Part shown: in pieces, positions 35,445 to 43,417 of the stretch
How positions within the stretch are numbered: the stretch's first letter is position 1
Layout of the letters: each line of letters begins with the position of its first letter
Origin: a virus
Lineage: Duplodnaviria; Caudoviricetes
DNA length: 64,000 nucleotides
IMG/VR virus record: IMGVR_UViG_2974730439_000001
Coordinates: 1-64,000 of that record
Strand: one strand, 5' to 3'
Made by a program: the position numbers and the translations under genes
Notes under the pieces: model-generated
Seen by the model: the letters and a program-made list of their open reading frames with translations, nothing else
Told to the model about the DNA's origin: nothing
Database searches by the model: none

Positions 35445-35590
35445 TTTAATCTCAATATATTTCCGCCATTAGAACAGCAGTATCTCCTAGCTAAAGTAGG
35501 ACAATTTTTATCTAAGTAATAGCAACCATCACAACTACCTATAGGATTAGGCTCTACTATAAACTATTTGTTATCTATTGTTACTGGCAT
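35426..35590 (-). CDS. Small Cys-rich protein, 54 aa, one TAG; paralogue of 35846-36046
   Basis: VE....GSCDGCYY...CP......CC..GGNILR versus VE....GMCQGCDL...CP.....LC..GFILK. Confidence 0.6.
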
Positions 35591-35852
35591 TCTGTTCTTT
35601 ACTATCTTCGCTAATTCCTGGTCGTTCAAAGTCATTATCTTCAATTTTGTATATCCATATAAAGTAGTCTACTATATACTTAGCCATTTCACTAGTTTCA
35701 CCATCTTCTATGTAGCTATTCACAACCGCATTATAAGTAGACTCATCAAAAGATAAGCTATTATTATCTATAATAGCTCCGTTATCTAATAGCTTTTGAT
35801 TTATTCTTTCTAATCCCTTTATAGAAGGATTATATTCTACAATATTTAACAT
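35571..35852 (-). CDS. Hypothetical protein
   Basis: 93-aa ORF. Confidence 0.6.
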   Translation of the reverse strand: MLNIVEYNPSIKGLERINQKLLDNGAIIDNNSLSFDESTYNAVVNSYIEDGETSEMAKYIVDYFIWIYKIEDNDFERPGISEDSKEQNASNNR

Positions 35853-36046
35853 TCTTTTTTACATTTTTTAAGTATAAATCCCTGAGTACATAAGGAAGTA
35901 ATTCTAGAAGGGCAATAGCAATTGTATAGATCACATCCTTGACACATACCTTTTACTTCATTCTCTACTAAAGTATAAGGTTTATTACCAAAATATACTT
36001 TCTTACCTAAGTAAGCTACTTCTTTAATTTGTTGCTGTTTCTTCAT
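35846..36046 (-). CDS. Small Cys-rich protein
   Basis: 66-aa ORF with CxxC motifs. Confidence 0.65.
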   Translation of the reverse strand: MKKQQQIKEVAYLGKKVYFGNKPYTLVENEVKGMCQGCDLYNCYCPSRITSLCTQGFILKKCKKEC

Positions 36047-36120
36047 AATATAAATATCTAAAGTAGGAGACTATAATCAGTCTATACTGTCTTAGACTGT
36101 CTTTAACTGTTATAGACAGT

Positions 36121-36146
36121 AACGTATAAACTCTTATAAAAGTTTC
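36121..36146 (-). promoter_or_regulatory. Putative ECF-type late promoter GAAAC-N17-CGTTA
   Basis: Shared motif; TTAACA-NN-TGTTAA upstream. Confidence 0.55.
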
Positions 36147-36212
36147 TTTTATGATAAACTTTTTAACATTTGTTAAGAACAATTATAGCTATTTAATAGC
36201 TAATTTTTAACA

Positions 36213-37073
36213 TTATTTATGAATTAATTTATATAATTCATCGGCTAACTTCTTAGCATCTGGATGAGCTGCACCACTGCAACGTAATTCAAAGAAATGT
36301 TCCCAATCACTTTCAAAGCCTGTCATTACTAATTCTGTCTTAGTTGCATTAGGTAGTACTCCACGAGCTTCTTGAGGCTTCAAACCTTTATTTATTAGTA
36401 ATCTATATTGCATTCCTGCATTGTTCAAACACCATAAAAAGTTATCTGCTATGCCATTATCTGAAGGCAATTGAATCTTCATATTATCAATATCACACCA
36501 ATCACCATCCCAATATGTGTAATCACCAGTAGGTATATTTAACCAAGTAGGTTTAATAAAAGTAAGTTCATTATTGAATTTATCCTTACTGTAGTTACAA
36601 TATCTTTGAGACTCCTGTGCAAAGCTGAATACTCTGTGTCTAACAAACTCATGACTTACTCCTCTATCACATATAAATTTAGCTGTAATACGCTTTTCAT
36701 GATGCTCTGTAGGTTCTACTTGGTATTGTAAATCGTCTAATCTATTATTCTCTACTATTACTCGTAGATTAGTTGTCACATATATTGAATTTCCATGTTT
36801 ACGAACTCTAGTATATTTCTTGTGATTACCATCTGACCAATATAGTCTAGCTGGTGGAAGATGTCCGTCTTCTGTTTTATCTATCTTTAAATATATGGTA
36901 CCATGCTCTAACATAGCTCCATGACCAAGCTTAATCATACGATCTACAAACTCTTTAGCACTGTTCTCTGTTATCTTATCTTCAGACTTATAACAAGTTC
37001 TACCTGCTAATTCTATCATCTTGTAAGGGTCTTTCTCCTCAATAATCTGTACACTGGATTCTATTAATTTCAT
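36213..37073 (-). CDS. thyX: Flavin-dependent thymidylate synthase
   Basis: RHRVFSFAQESQRY signature, GHGAMLEH, QEARGVLP. Confidence 0.95.
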   Translation of the reverse strand: MKLIESSVQIIEEKDPYKMIELAGRTCYKSEDKITENSAKEFVDRMIKLGHGAMLEHGTIYLKIDKTEDGHLPPARLYWSDGNHKKYTRVRKHGNSIYVTTNLRVIVENNRLDDLQYQVEPTEHHEKRITAKFICDRGVSHEFVRHRVFSFAQESQRYCNYSKDKFNNELTFIKPTWLNIPTGDYTYWDGDWCDIDNMKIQLPSDNGIADNFLWCLNNAGMQYRLLINKGLKPQEARGVLPNATKTELVMTGFESDWEHFFELRCSGAAHPDAKKLADELYKLIHK

Positions 37074-37100
37074 ATTATATAGTTATTTGTTATATATTAT

Positions 37101-37127
37101 ATAACGCAAATATTAAGAATAATTACA
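37101..37127 (-). promoter_or_regulatory. Putative ECF-type late promoter TGTAAT-N15-CGTTA heading the minus-strand arm
   Basis: Shared motif upstream of thyX. Confidence 0.5.
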
Positions 37128-37339
37128 GATATTTAACATAAATTAAACATATTTTAAAAATAAAATATAAAAATTTTATAAAAATTTTTTGAGAGAGGTG
37201 GTGCGTGTGTGGAGTAGCAAAAGTTCACTCCCCTGCATTTAGTATCGGAAGGGAATACCCCCGTATTGTTCTTTATGGGCATTCTCTTTCGATATTTATT
37301 TGTTTATTTTTTTTGTTTTACATTCAAATCTTTATTATC

Positions 37340-37993
37340 ATGTTGTGTTATTTACAAAGTGCAGAATTAAGACCACGAGAAGGAAAATTACCTTTCTTTA
37401 TATGCAAGTGGCAAGGTGTCGTAGGCGATACAAGTGCGGACAAAGTAACGGATGAAGGAAACGGCGTTGTAAGAATTAATGTTAAGGCAGCTTTAGCCCG
37501 TAACATTACTCTGACAAAGTCCATATTTCCCGCTGATGAAGAAGCGTTAAGCGAATGGAAAAAGTTACTCAAGTGCCGTGTTATGTACGTTCCCGAAAAG
37601 AATGAAGATGGAACGTATAAAAAAGACGATAACGGTAATTACATTCTCAATGAGAGAGTAAAAGAGGAGAATAAAAACAAATGTGTAGTAAATTTACTTT
37701 ACAAGCAAGTAGATTTAGCTTCTATCAGTGACGAGGTAAAACGCATTGAGTATACCACTTCTGACGGGCGAATAATGAAACAGAGCTTTATCACTGTTAT
37801 TGGTTTTGCTGATGAAAAGGACGTTTGGGCTGAAGAAATCACGCCTGAAGAAATGGCAGCAAACAATCTTCGCACTAATCTTGCCAACGGTACGTATATC
37901 GATATCACGGATGAAGAAGAAGAAAAAGAAGCCAAACCAACCAAAACGGAAAGTAAAAAATCTACACAAGCCTCTGATGACGATTGGGATTAA
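37340..37993 (+). CDS. First early-arm gene, 217 aa, acidic tail (DDDWD); possible ssDNA-binding protein
   Basis: Likely start ATG 37340; acidic C-terminus; followed by a terminator. Confidence 0.6.
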   Translation: MLCYLQSAELRPREGKLPFFICKWQGVVGDTSADKVTDEGNGVVRINVKAALARNITLTKSIFPADEEALSEWKKLLKCRVMYVPEKNEDGTYKKDDNGNYILNERVKEENKNKCVVNLLYKQVDLASISDEVKRIEYTTSDGRIMKQSFITVIGFADEKDVWAEEITPEEMAANNLRTNLANGTYIDITDEEEEKEAKPTKTESKKSTQASDDDWD

Positions 37994-37995
37994 CG

Positions 37996-38029
37996 GAGAC
38001 GGTGGGGAAACCCACCATCCTCGTTTTTT
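37996..38029 (+). terminator. Intrinsic terminator
   Basis: GGTGGG-GAAA-CCCACC hairpin then U6. Confidence 0.7.
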
Positions 38030-38079
38030 AAGACTAATTGTTTTACCAAAATAGACTAATCACATAATATATAGCTTTT

Positions 38080-38244
38080 ATGGACAGAAGTGTAATAATT
38101 GCATTAGTTATTTTTGTTTTTCTTTGGATTGTAATACTAAAATATTGCATTGAAACAAATGATTGGACTGGCTTTATTTACCTAAACGGTCTCGCTTTGT
38201 TGATAACAATATCATGTATATGGACAGACAAAAATAATAAATAA
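38080..38244 (+). CDS. 54-aa two-helix membrane protein
   Basis: MDRSVIIALVIFVFLWIVIL...GFIYLNGLALLITISCIW. Confidence 0.55.
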   Translation: MDRSVIIALVIFVFLWIVILKYCIETNDWTGFIYLNGLALLITISCIWTDKNNK

Positions 38245-38502
38245 ACTTTCAAAAAAACAAGAGAATAGCATAGCGAAAATAATGCGCTTGTTCTATAAAA
38301 AACTCAATAACTTCCCAAGACATTGAGGGCACCAGTTTCTTATAATAGTGTAGTTGGCAGACGTAAGGGCGTACTCAGCTGCCAGATGAAGCAGTGAATT
38401 CTGTGGACTGATAGAGAACGTGTGACATTCAGGCTATGCGTTGCGCAGTTATAAGTTTTAGGTGTAAAATGCAATTTAATCATTAACTAAATAAACAATC
38501 AT

Positions 38503-38586
38503 ATGGATAGAGACACAGAATTAGGTATGTTATCAGTAATAATCATGATGATAGTATTATATCTATCTATATGGTTATTTAACTAA
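38503..38586 (+). CDS. 27-aa single-pass membrane peptide
   Basis: MDRDTELGMLSVIIMMIVLYLSIWLFN with A-rich start context. Confidence 0.45.
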   Translation: MDRDTELGMLSVIIMMIVLYLSIWLFN

Positions 38587-38957
38587 AAACAAACAGAGGA
38601 GTAGAAAACTGTGAACTACTCCGTCTTTAAGGTGAGAATCCTTAACAATCCTGTGGGGCTTATATCTATCAAAAGAACTTACAGCAGCTTTTATATTAGC
38701 TTAGCTGGACTTTATGATAGTATTAGTGCAGACGTTAAAATCAGGAACAACTATATTAGATGGCAATATTACCTTCTTCCAGTCGCAAATGTCATATAGT
38801 TTAATATAGCCAAGTTTGTTTCGTCCTTAGATTTACAGTATCTACCATTTGTTTATTTAATCATTGTTCGTTCTTAATTATACAGATTGATTAATTAAGA
38901 ATAACAGTAAGCGTACTGTTGTCAGTATATTTATATGTGAATATAGATATACTGATT

Positions 38958-39047
38958 GCACTCATTAAGGTAGCCTTCATGTGGCGAGTGTGTTAAGTAA
39001 TAGGTCTAAAGAATCTTCCAGTTTGTACCTATGAAAACTAATACCTT
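38958..39047 (+). ncRNA. HDV-like self-cleaving ribozyme
   Basis: P1 GCACTC/GAGTGT, P2 AAGGTA/TACCTT, P3 GCC/GGC, L3 TTCATGT, P4 ATAGGT/ACCTAT, J4/2 CTAA. Confidence 0.7.
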
Positions 39048-39165
39048 TAACCGCCAGCTCACGCGGTATATAAGACAGGATTGCCGGACCCGCAGGTGTA
39101 ACGAGATAAATACCTGCATTTTTTATTAACCTTGATAATTATCAAGTTGTAAACTTTAATTTAAT

Positions 39166-39248
39166 GCCCAGATGGCGAAATAGGTAGACGCTAAGGTCTT
39201 AAACACCTTTGACCATTGGTCGTGCGGGTTCGACTCCCGCTCTGGGTA
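39166..39248 (+). tRNA. tRNA-Leu (TAA)
   Basis: GCCCAGA/TCTGGGT acceptor, AAGGT-CTTAAAC-ACCTT arm, long variable arm, GGTTCGACTCC. Confidence 0.93.
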
Positions 39249-39280
39249 CAATTAGTAATTAACATTAAAATCAATTTAAT

Positions 39281-39556
39281 ATGAAAGAAGAAAAACTTAC
39301 AAGATTAAAAATTCTAAGAGCAATGTCATATAGACTCTTACATTTCCTTATAAAGGAAAAAATACTTAGTGTATTCTTAACAGAATGTTTACAGAATCCA
39401 TATCGTGTATTACTTGTGGATAGAATATACTGTGATACTTTACCAAGTAATAAAATATATGAATTTGAGTGTTATTTTACATTTGCTAAATCAATTACGT
39501 TAACTGAAAGTATATGGTGGAGATATGCATTTAAATACAGGGAGGAGTATTTATGA
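39281..39556 (+). CDS. Hypothetical early protein
   Basis: 91-aa ORF, weakly similar to 43136-43417. Confidence 0.65.
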   Translation: MKEEKLTRLKILRAMSYRLLHFLIKEKILSVFLTECLQNPYRVLLVDRIYCDTLPSNKIYEFECYFTFAKSITLTESIWWRYAFKYREEYL

Positions 39557-39864
39557 AAAGTCTAAATAGTATTACTAAATCTATAGTAGGTGCTATAATA
39601 TTTACGCTTATAGTCATATGGATAGCTAATAGACTATCTGTTGCACGTGTTAACACAGCTACAGAGTTTTTAGACAATTATAAGAATTGTATAATAGTGA
39701 GAAAAGATAAGAGTACAAACGACTATATACTTACTATTAAAAATCCTTATACTCAAGATATTAGATATCGAATTACTAATGTAGTTGTTCCTTCTGGATT
39801 ATGGTATAACTATTCTATAGGAGATACCATTGGTAAGAAAAAGCAGATATATTTTAATCAATAA
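39553..39864 (+). CDS. Membrane-anchored hypothetical protein
   Basis: N-terminal TM helix, C-terminal IGDTI motif. Confidence 0.7.
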   Translation: MKSLNSITKSIVGAIIFTLIVIWIANRLSVARVNTATEFLDNYKNCIIVRKDKSTNDYILTIKNPYTQDIRYRITNVVVPSGLWYNYSIGDTIGKKKQIYFNQ

Positions 39865-39868
39865 AAGT

Positions 39869-40237
39869 ATGAAAAGAGAAGAAATTAAATCTTACAAAGA
39901 TGCTTGTAAAGTAATAGGTAGAAAACCTAGAACTTATAAGGATAAGCATTTGAATCTGTATGAACAGCTTAGTACAATTATAGCTACTCTAAATTTCATT
40001 AGTAATGATAATAAACCTTGGACACCTAAGTTCGATTATTATTACATCTATTCTTGGTTGCACAGAAAAGATGGATATAATAAAACTGCGGGTTTGTTCC
40101 ATTTGTCTTCTAACGATGGGTTGGCCTCTTCCTTTGCTGCTGTCGGGACTTCTCTGAAGATAAAAGAAGAAGAGGATGGAAATTACATAATGGAAAACTT
40201 TGAAGAACTACTCCAAGATTGGTTTTGGGGAGATTAA
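39869..40237 (+). CDS. Small early protein carrying a DGR variable repeat (second DGR target)
   Basis: Likely start 39869; AGLFHLSSNDGLASS matches AGLFRLDSDAGLDAS of the tail fibre at DNA level. Confidence 0.75.
   Translation: MKREEIKSYKDACKVIGRKPRTYKDKHLNLYEQLSTIIATLNFISNDNKPWTPKFDYYYIYSWLHRKDGYNKTAGLFHLSSNDGLASSFAAVGTSLKIKEEEDGNYIMENFEELLQDWFWGD
40087..40132 (+). repeat. DGR variable repeat VR2
   Basis: See VR1; GC-richer island with unusual codons in an AT-rich gene. Confidence 0.75.
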
Positions 40238-40262
40238 TTACTAATTTTAAAACATTATCAAA

Positions 40263-40727
40263 ATGGAAAATGAAATGATGGCGAGACCTAAACCGCCAAG
40301 AATAATAGTTTGGGTAGTATTAATAACTCTTGCCTTAATAGGCATGATGGGAGCAATAATTTACGCAGAGCGTGAAAACATTGCTAATTTCTTAAATGGT
40401 GTGAACCAAGAAGAAGTACAAGAAGATCCTCAAGTTATCATTGAGGAACCTGTAACAACAATACAGGATATTCTTGATATGCGTGAGCAAATGAGAGAAG
40501 ACAGAAGAGTTGATAGTGTATTTTTAGCTATGCCAAAGGTAGTATTAATTGATATTTTGATGCAACATGGTACATCGTTGTCTATAAAAGACATGATTTA
40601 CATATATGAATCAAACACATCAACGTACAACACAGTATTATCTGGGGCAAGAGCTCAAAAATATCTTGATGACTCTATACAAACTCATGTTATATCAACG
40701 GTTGTAAATGACTCTATTCAGAATTAA
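40263..40727 (+). CDS. Membrane-anchored hypothetical protein
   Basis: 154 aa with N-terminal TM helix. Confidence 0.7.
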   Translation: MENEMMARPKPPRIIVWVVLITLALIGMMGAIIYAERENIANFLNGVNQEEVQEDPQVIIEEPVTTIQDILDMREQMREDRRVDSVFLAMPKVVLIDILMQHGTSLSIKDMIYIYESNTSTYNTVLSGARAQKYLDDSIQTHVISTVVNDSIQN

Positions 40728-41129
40728 AACCAAACCTTCTTTCTGTTTTAAATGAACATTAGAGTCTAGTATACTCAGTCTGTGAAGATAGAGTATACGT
40801 CCTCAGAAAATGACAAGCATGTGGGGCATAGTAAATACTATAATGGCAGATTGAATTAGTAAGGCATACGTATGCATATGTAGAACAAACCATTTGATTA
40901 AATGTATTTATGATTGTGCGAGACGTTAAAATCATGTACTCCAATAAGATTTAGTTTGACAGCTATTTCTGCTTATGAGTTAAAACTATAGTGAGAGTCA
41001 TAGCGTAAGTAACGATTGTAGTCGTTTATCTTTGTCTTATAACAAATGCTATAAACTAAGAGTTGGCACTAACTTAATTAAATCCTGAGTGTCCAGGCGT
41101 CATTATTAATCAATTTAAACGTTTAAATT

Positions 41130-41393
41130 ATGGGAATATTATCAAAATTAACCAGAGCAATGCGTATTAGAAAAATACGCAGAGAAGCTAGGCAAAAAGC
41201 TTATGAAGCATTATGCCTATCACCATTGAAATACTCTAGAGCAATTGCTGAAATAGATTGTGTTATTGATGGTCACAAATGGAGTAGTGAATTTGATCCT
41301 AAAAAGGAAATAGCTAAAGGCACTACTAAGAGAGTATACTGCAAACATTGTGGAGTATACTATCATACTCATACTTATAAAGAGAATATATGA
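41130..41393 (+). CDS. Small protein with C...H...CxxC zinc-finger-like motif
   Basis: DCVIDGHKW...YCKHCG. Confidence 0.65.
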   Translation: MGILSKLTRAMRIRKIRREARQKAYEALCLSPLKYSRAIAEIDCVIDGHKWSSEFDPKKEIAKGTTKRVYCKHCGVYYHTHTYKENI

Positions 41394-41617
41394 AAAAGTT
41401 AAGTAATGGATACCTAGAGACAACATTTAAAGTATTTTGTCGTAGTGATGATACTATAGTAGACGAAACAGAAGCTTATATTAAAATAGACTCTATAGTA
41501 GGAATATGTAGAAGTATTAAAAGTAATACTACAGATATAATACTTACAAGTGGAGATAGGTATACAACTACAGAGAATTTTGAGGATTTCTGTATAGATT
41601 TTTTTAAAGAAAATTAA
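41390..41617 (+). CDS. Hypothetical protein
   Basis: 75-aa ORF, ATGA-type overlap. Confidence 0.6.
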   Translation: MKKLSNGYLETTFKVFCRSDDTIVDETEAYIKIDSIVGICRSIKSNTTDIILTSGDRYTTTENFEDFCIDFFKEN

Positions 41618-41641
41618 TTTTAATCAATAAAACTTAAACAA

Positions 41642-42040
41642 ATGAAACTTTTAATTATTGGATTTAAAGATGGAGTTGATGATGCGCTCATCGAAAATGG
41701 TGTACTTGCTCTTCAAGGTATAATGGGAATAGATGTTAAAGCTACTATCTACACTGAAGATGAATTTCTACCTACTAATAAAAACAAGAAAAAGCCTGTG
41801 AAAAGCGATTTTATGGTCGCTATAGAAACAGTTAATGAAGTATGTGGAGGAGAATCAGACAGTATAGCTTTCCGTAGCTCTTTCTATACTCTTGTATTAA
41901 AAGGAGTAATACAGAGACCTATTCTTGAAGTACTATCATATGGTCCTAAAACTAGTAGAGATCTTGAATTTCTTTCTAAAAGAAAAGAAATGGAAAATAT
42001 TGTAGAATATGCTCGTGTAGCTTTATCAATGATTTCATAA
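41642..42040 (+). CDS. Hypothetical protein
   Basis: 132-aa ORF. Confidence 0.7.
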   Translation: MKLLIIGFKDGVDDALIENGVLALQGIMGIDVKATIYTEDEFLPTNKNKKKPVKSDFMVAIETVNEVCGGESDSIAFRSSFYTLVLKGVIQRPILEVLSYGPKTSRDLEFLSKRKEMENIVEYARVALSMIS

Positions 42041-42165
42041 TGGGAAAGACATTCAAAGATAGTAATTATGCCATGAAATATGGCAATACTAAGAAAACAA
42101 GATCACGTAGAGCTAAATTACAGCCTTATGATCGTAAAGCTAGAGACTATGAGACTGATAAGTAA
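42040..42165 (+). CDS. 41-aa basic peptide (MGKTFKDS...)
   Basis: TAATG coupling with the upstream gene. Confidence 0.5.
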   Translation: MGKTFKDSNYAMKYGNTKKTRSRRAKLQPYDRKARDYETDK

Positions 42166-42337
42166 TCAAAAACTTAAAGCAACAGTAAATAATCGTTTAA
42201 AGAACGATTGCCCGTTACAATGCAATAAAAAACATTGTGATGTATGTCAATTCAGAAATGACAAATCTGAATCGATTCCAACAGTAACTACTAATACTCC
42301 TTCGCCAGAGGTATACGGTAGAGATATGTATTATTAA
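42149..42337 (+). CDS. Small Cys-containing protein
   Basis: CPLQC...CDVC; likely start 42149. Confidence 0.5.
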   Translation: MRLISNQKLKATVNNRLKNDCPLQCNKKHCDVCQFRNDKSESIPTVTTNTPSPEVYGRDMYY

Positions 42338-42555
42338 CCCTAAACAAGTTAGTATGGTGCAGTCAACCCAAAACTACTATTATCAACCAGATCCCTAATG
42401 GAAGCTTAGTAACAACTAAGCTACTAAGCAAGAGTACAATGGACTATACAACGGTCAACCAGTATCTAATATTGGTCTAAGATGAAGGAAAAGGGTTGCC
42501 TATGAATAAGAGATACGAATAAGTAGGATAGTAGTTTTTTAAAGAAATTAAAGAA

Positions 42556-42810
42556 ATTGACTGTTAGGTCTATTGAATCATCGTAAGACTTCCGTTCGAG
42601 TCGGAAATGCTCCACTAAATTAAAACAAGGAAGTTATTAGGTTTCTTAGCCGTTAGGTTGCAAGTCCTATAAAAAAGAAACCCTTATCAATGGGGCATAC
42701 AGGTTTTGATTGCGATAGTGAAGGTAGAATAGGTCAATAAGCAGATAACTGGCAATACAAGTTATATTATGAACTATAGCCGTATTGCGGCGTAAGTTCA
42801 AACGGCTAAG
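42556..42810 (+). ncRNA. ssrA: Circularly permuted (two-piece) tmRNA: acceptor piece about 42556-42614, intervening segment, coding piece from 42692; tag GNTSYIMNYSRIAA
   Basis: T arm TTCCG-TTCGAGT-CGGAA then ATGCTCC-A precedes GGGGCAT (G3.U70); helix-2 pairings between pieces; ATAACT-GGC resume context; ORF ends GCG GCG TAA. Confidence 0.88.
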
Positions 42811-42828
42811 CTAATGTCGTAGAAAGCT

Positions 42829-42891
42829 GGAGCATATCAGGCTAGATCAGACGTAAGGGCTGTGAAGGGTTCGATTCCCTTCAATGCTACA
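42829..42891 (+). ncRNA. tRNA/tmRNA-like remnant with T arm, downstream of the tmRNA coding piece
   Basis: GGAGCAT...GAAGGG-TTCGATT-CCCTTC-AATGCTACA; no anticodon arm. Confidence 0.45.
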
Positions 42892-42912
42892 AAACTTTTA
42901 ATTATCAAAATT

Positions 42913-43161
42913 ATGAGAACAGAAAAGCAAATAAAAGCTACTAAGAGAAATTTTGCTATTTTGTATCTTACTGGCTTATTAAAGATGCTAGATCGCATAG
43001 ATTCTTGGACAAGAAACTATGCAATTAAAGGTAGCGTAAATACAGTCAGAAATAGTACTAAATATCTTATATTAGTATTAAAAGATACAAATATTGAACA
43101 TTCATTTTATGGTTCACCTCAAAAAGATGTAAAGTATGAGTGTAAAGAAGGCAATCAATGA
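42913..43161 (+). CDS. Hypothetical protein
   Basis: Likely start 42913 (MRTEKQIKAT...). Confidence 0.6.
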   Translation: MRTEKQIKATKRNFAILYLTGLLKMLDRIDSWTRNYAIKGSVNTVRNSTKYLILVLKDTNIEHSFYGSPQKDVKYECKEGNQ

Positions 43162-43417
43162 CTTGATCCCACCTGAATGGGATTATGTTCTTAGAAAGAA
43201 CAAAGTTCTAACAAAGTTCATAGATTATATGTATGAATTTTGCGTACCAATTTACTGGAGAAATAATAAGTATCATAGAAAAGCAATTGAAAGAATTCGA
43301 TTTAAATTTAATCGAGGAATTTTAGATTGTATTGATGCTATAAATACTTCAGAAGGATATCATTTTTGGAAGAAAATTGAATTAGAAATAGAAACATATA
43401 AAGAGCAAATACGATGA
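43136..43417 (+). CDS. Hypothetical protein (T.EG..FW motif)
   Basis: 93-aa ORF. Confidence 0.65.
   Translation: MSVKKAINDLIPPEWDYVLRKNKVLTKFIDYMYEFCVPIYWRNNKYHRKAIERIRFKFNRGILDCIDAINTSEGYHFWKKIELEIETYKEQIR

Noticed and set aside
1-35590. Mass pseudogenisation or frameshifts of structural genes
   Set aside because: The breaks I checked are all in-frame TAG, and the fragments stay in one frame, so this is recoding
42692-42891. Conventional one-piece tmRNA ending at the downstream T arm
   Set aside because: That 3' end has wrong spacing and a G.A mismatch; the upstream piece gives a perfect acceptor and helix 2
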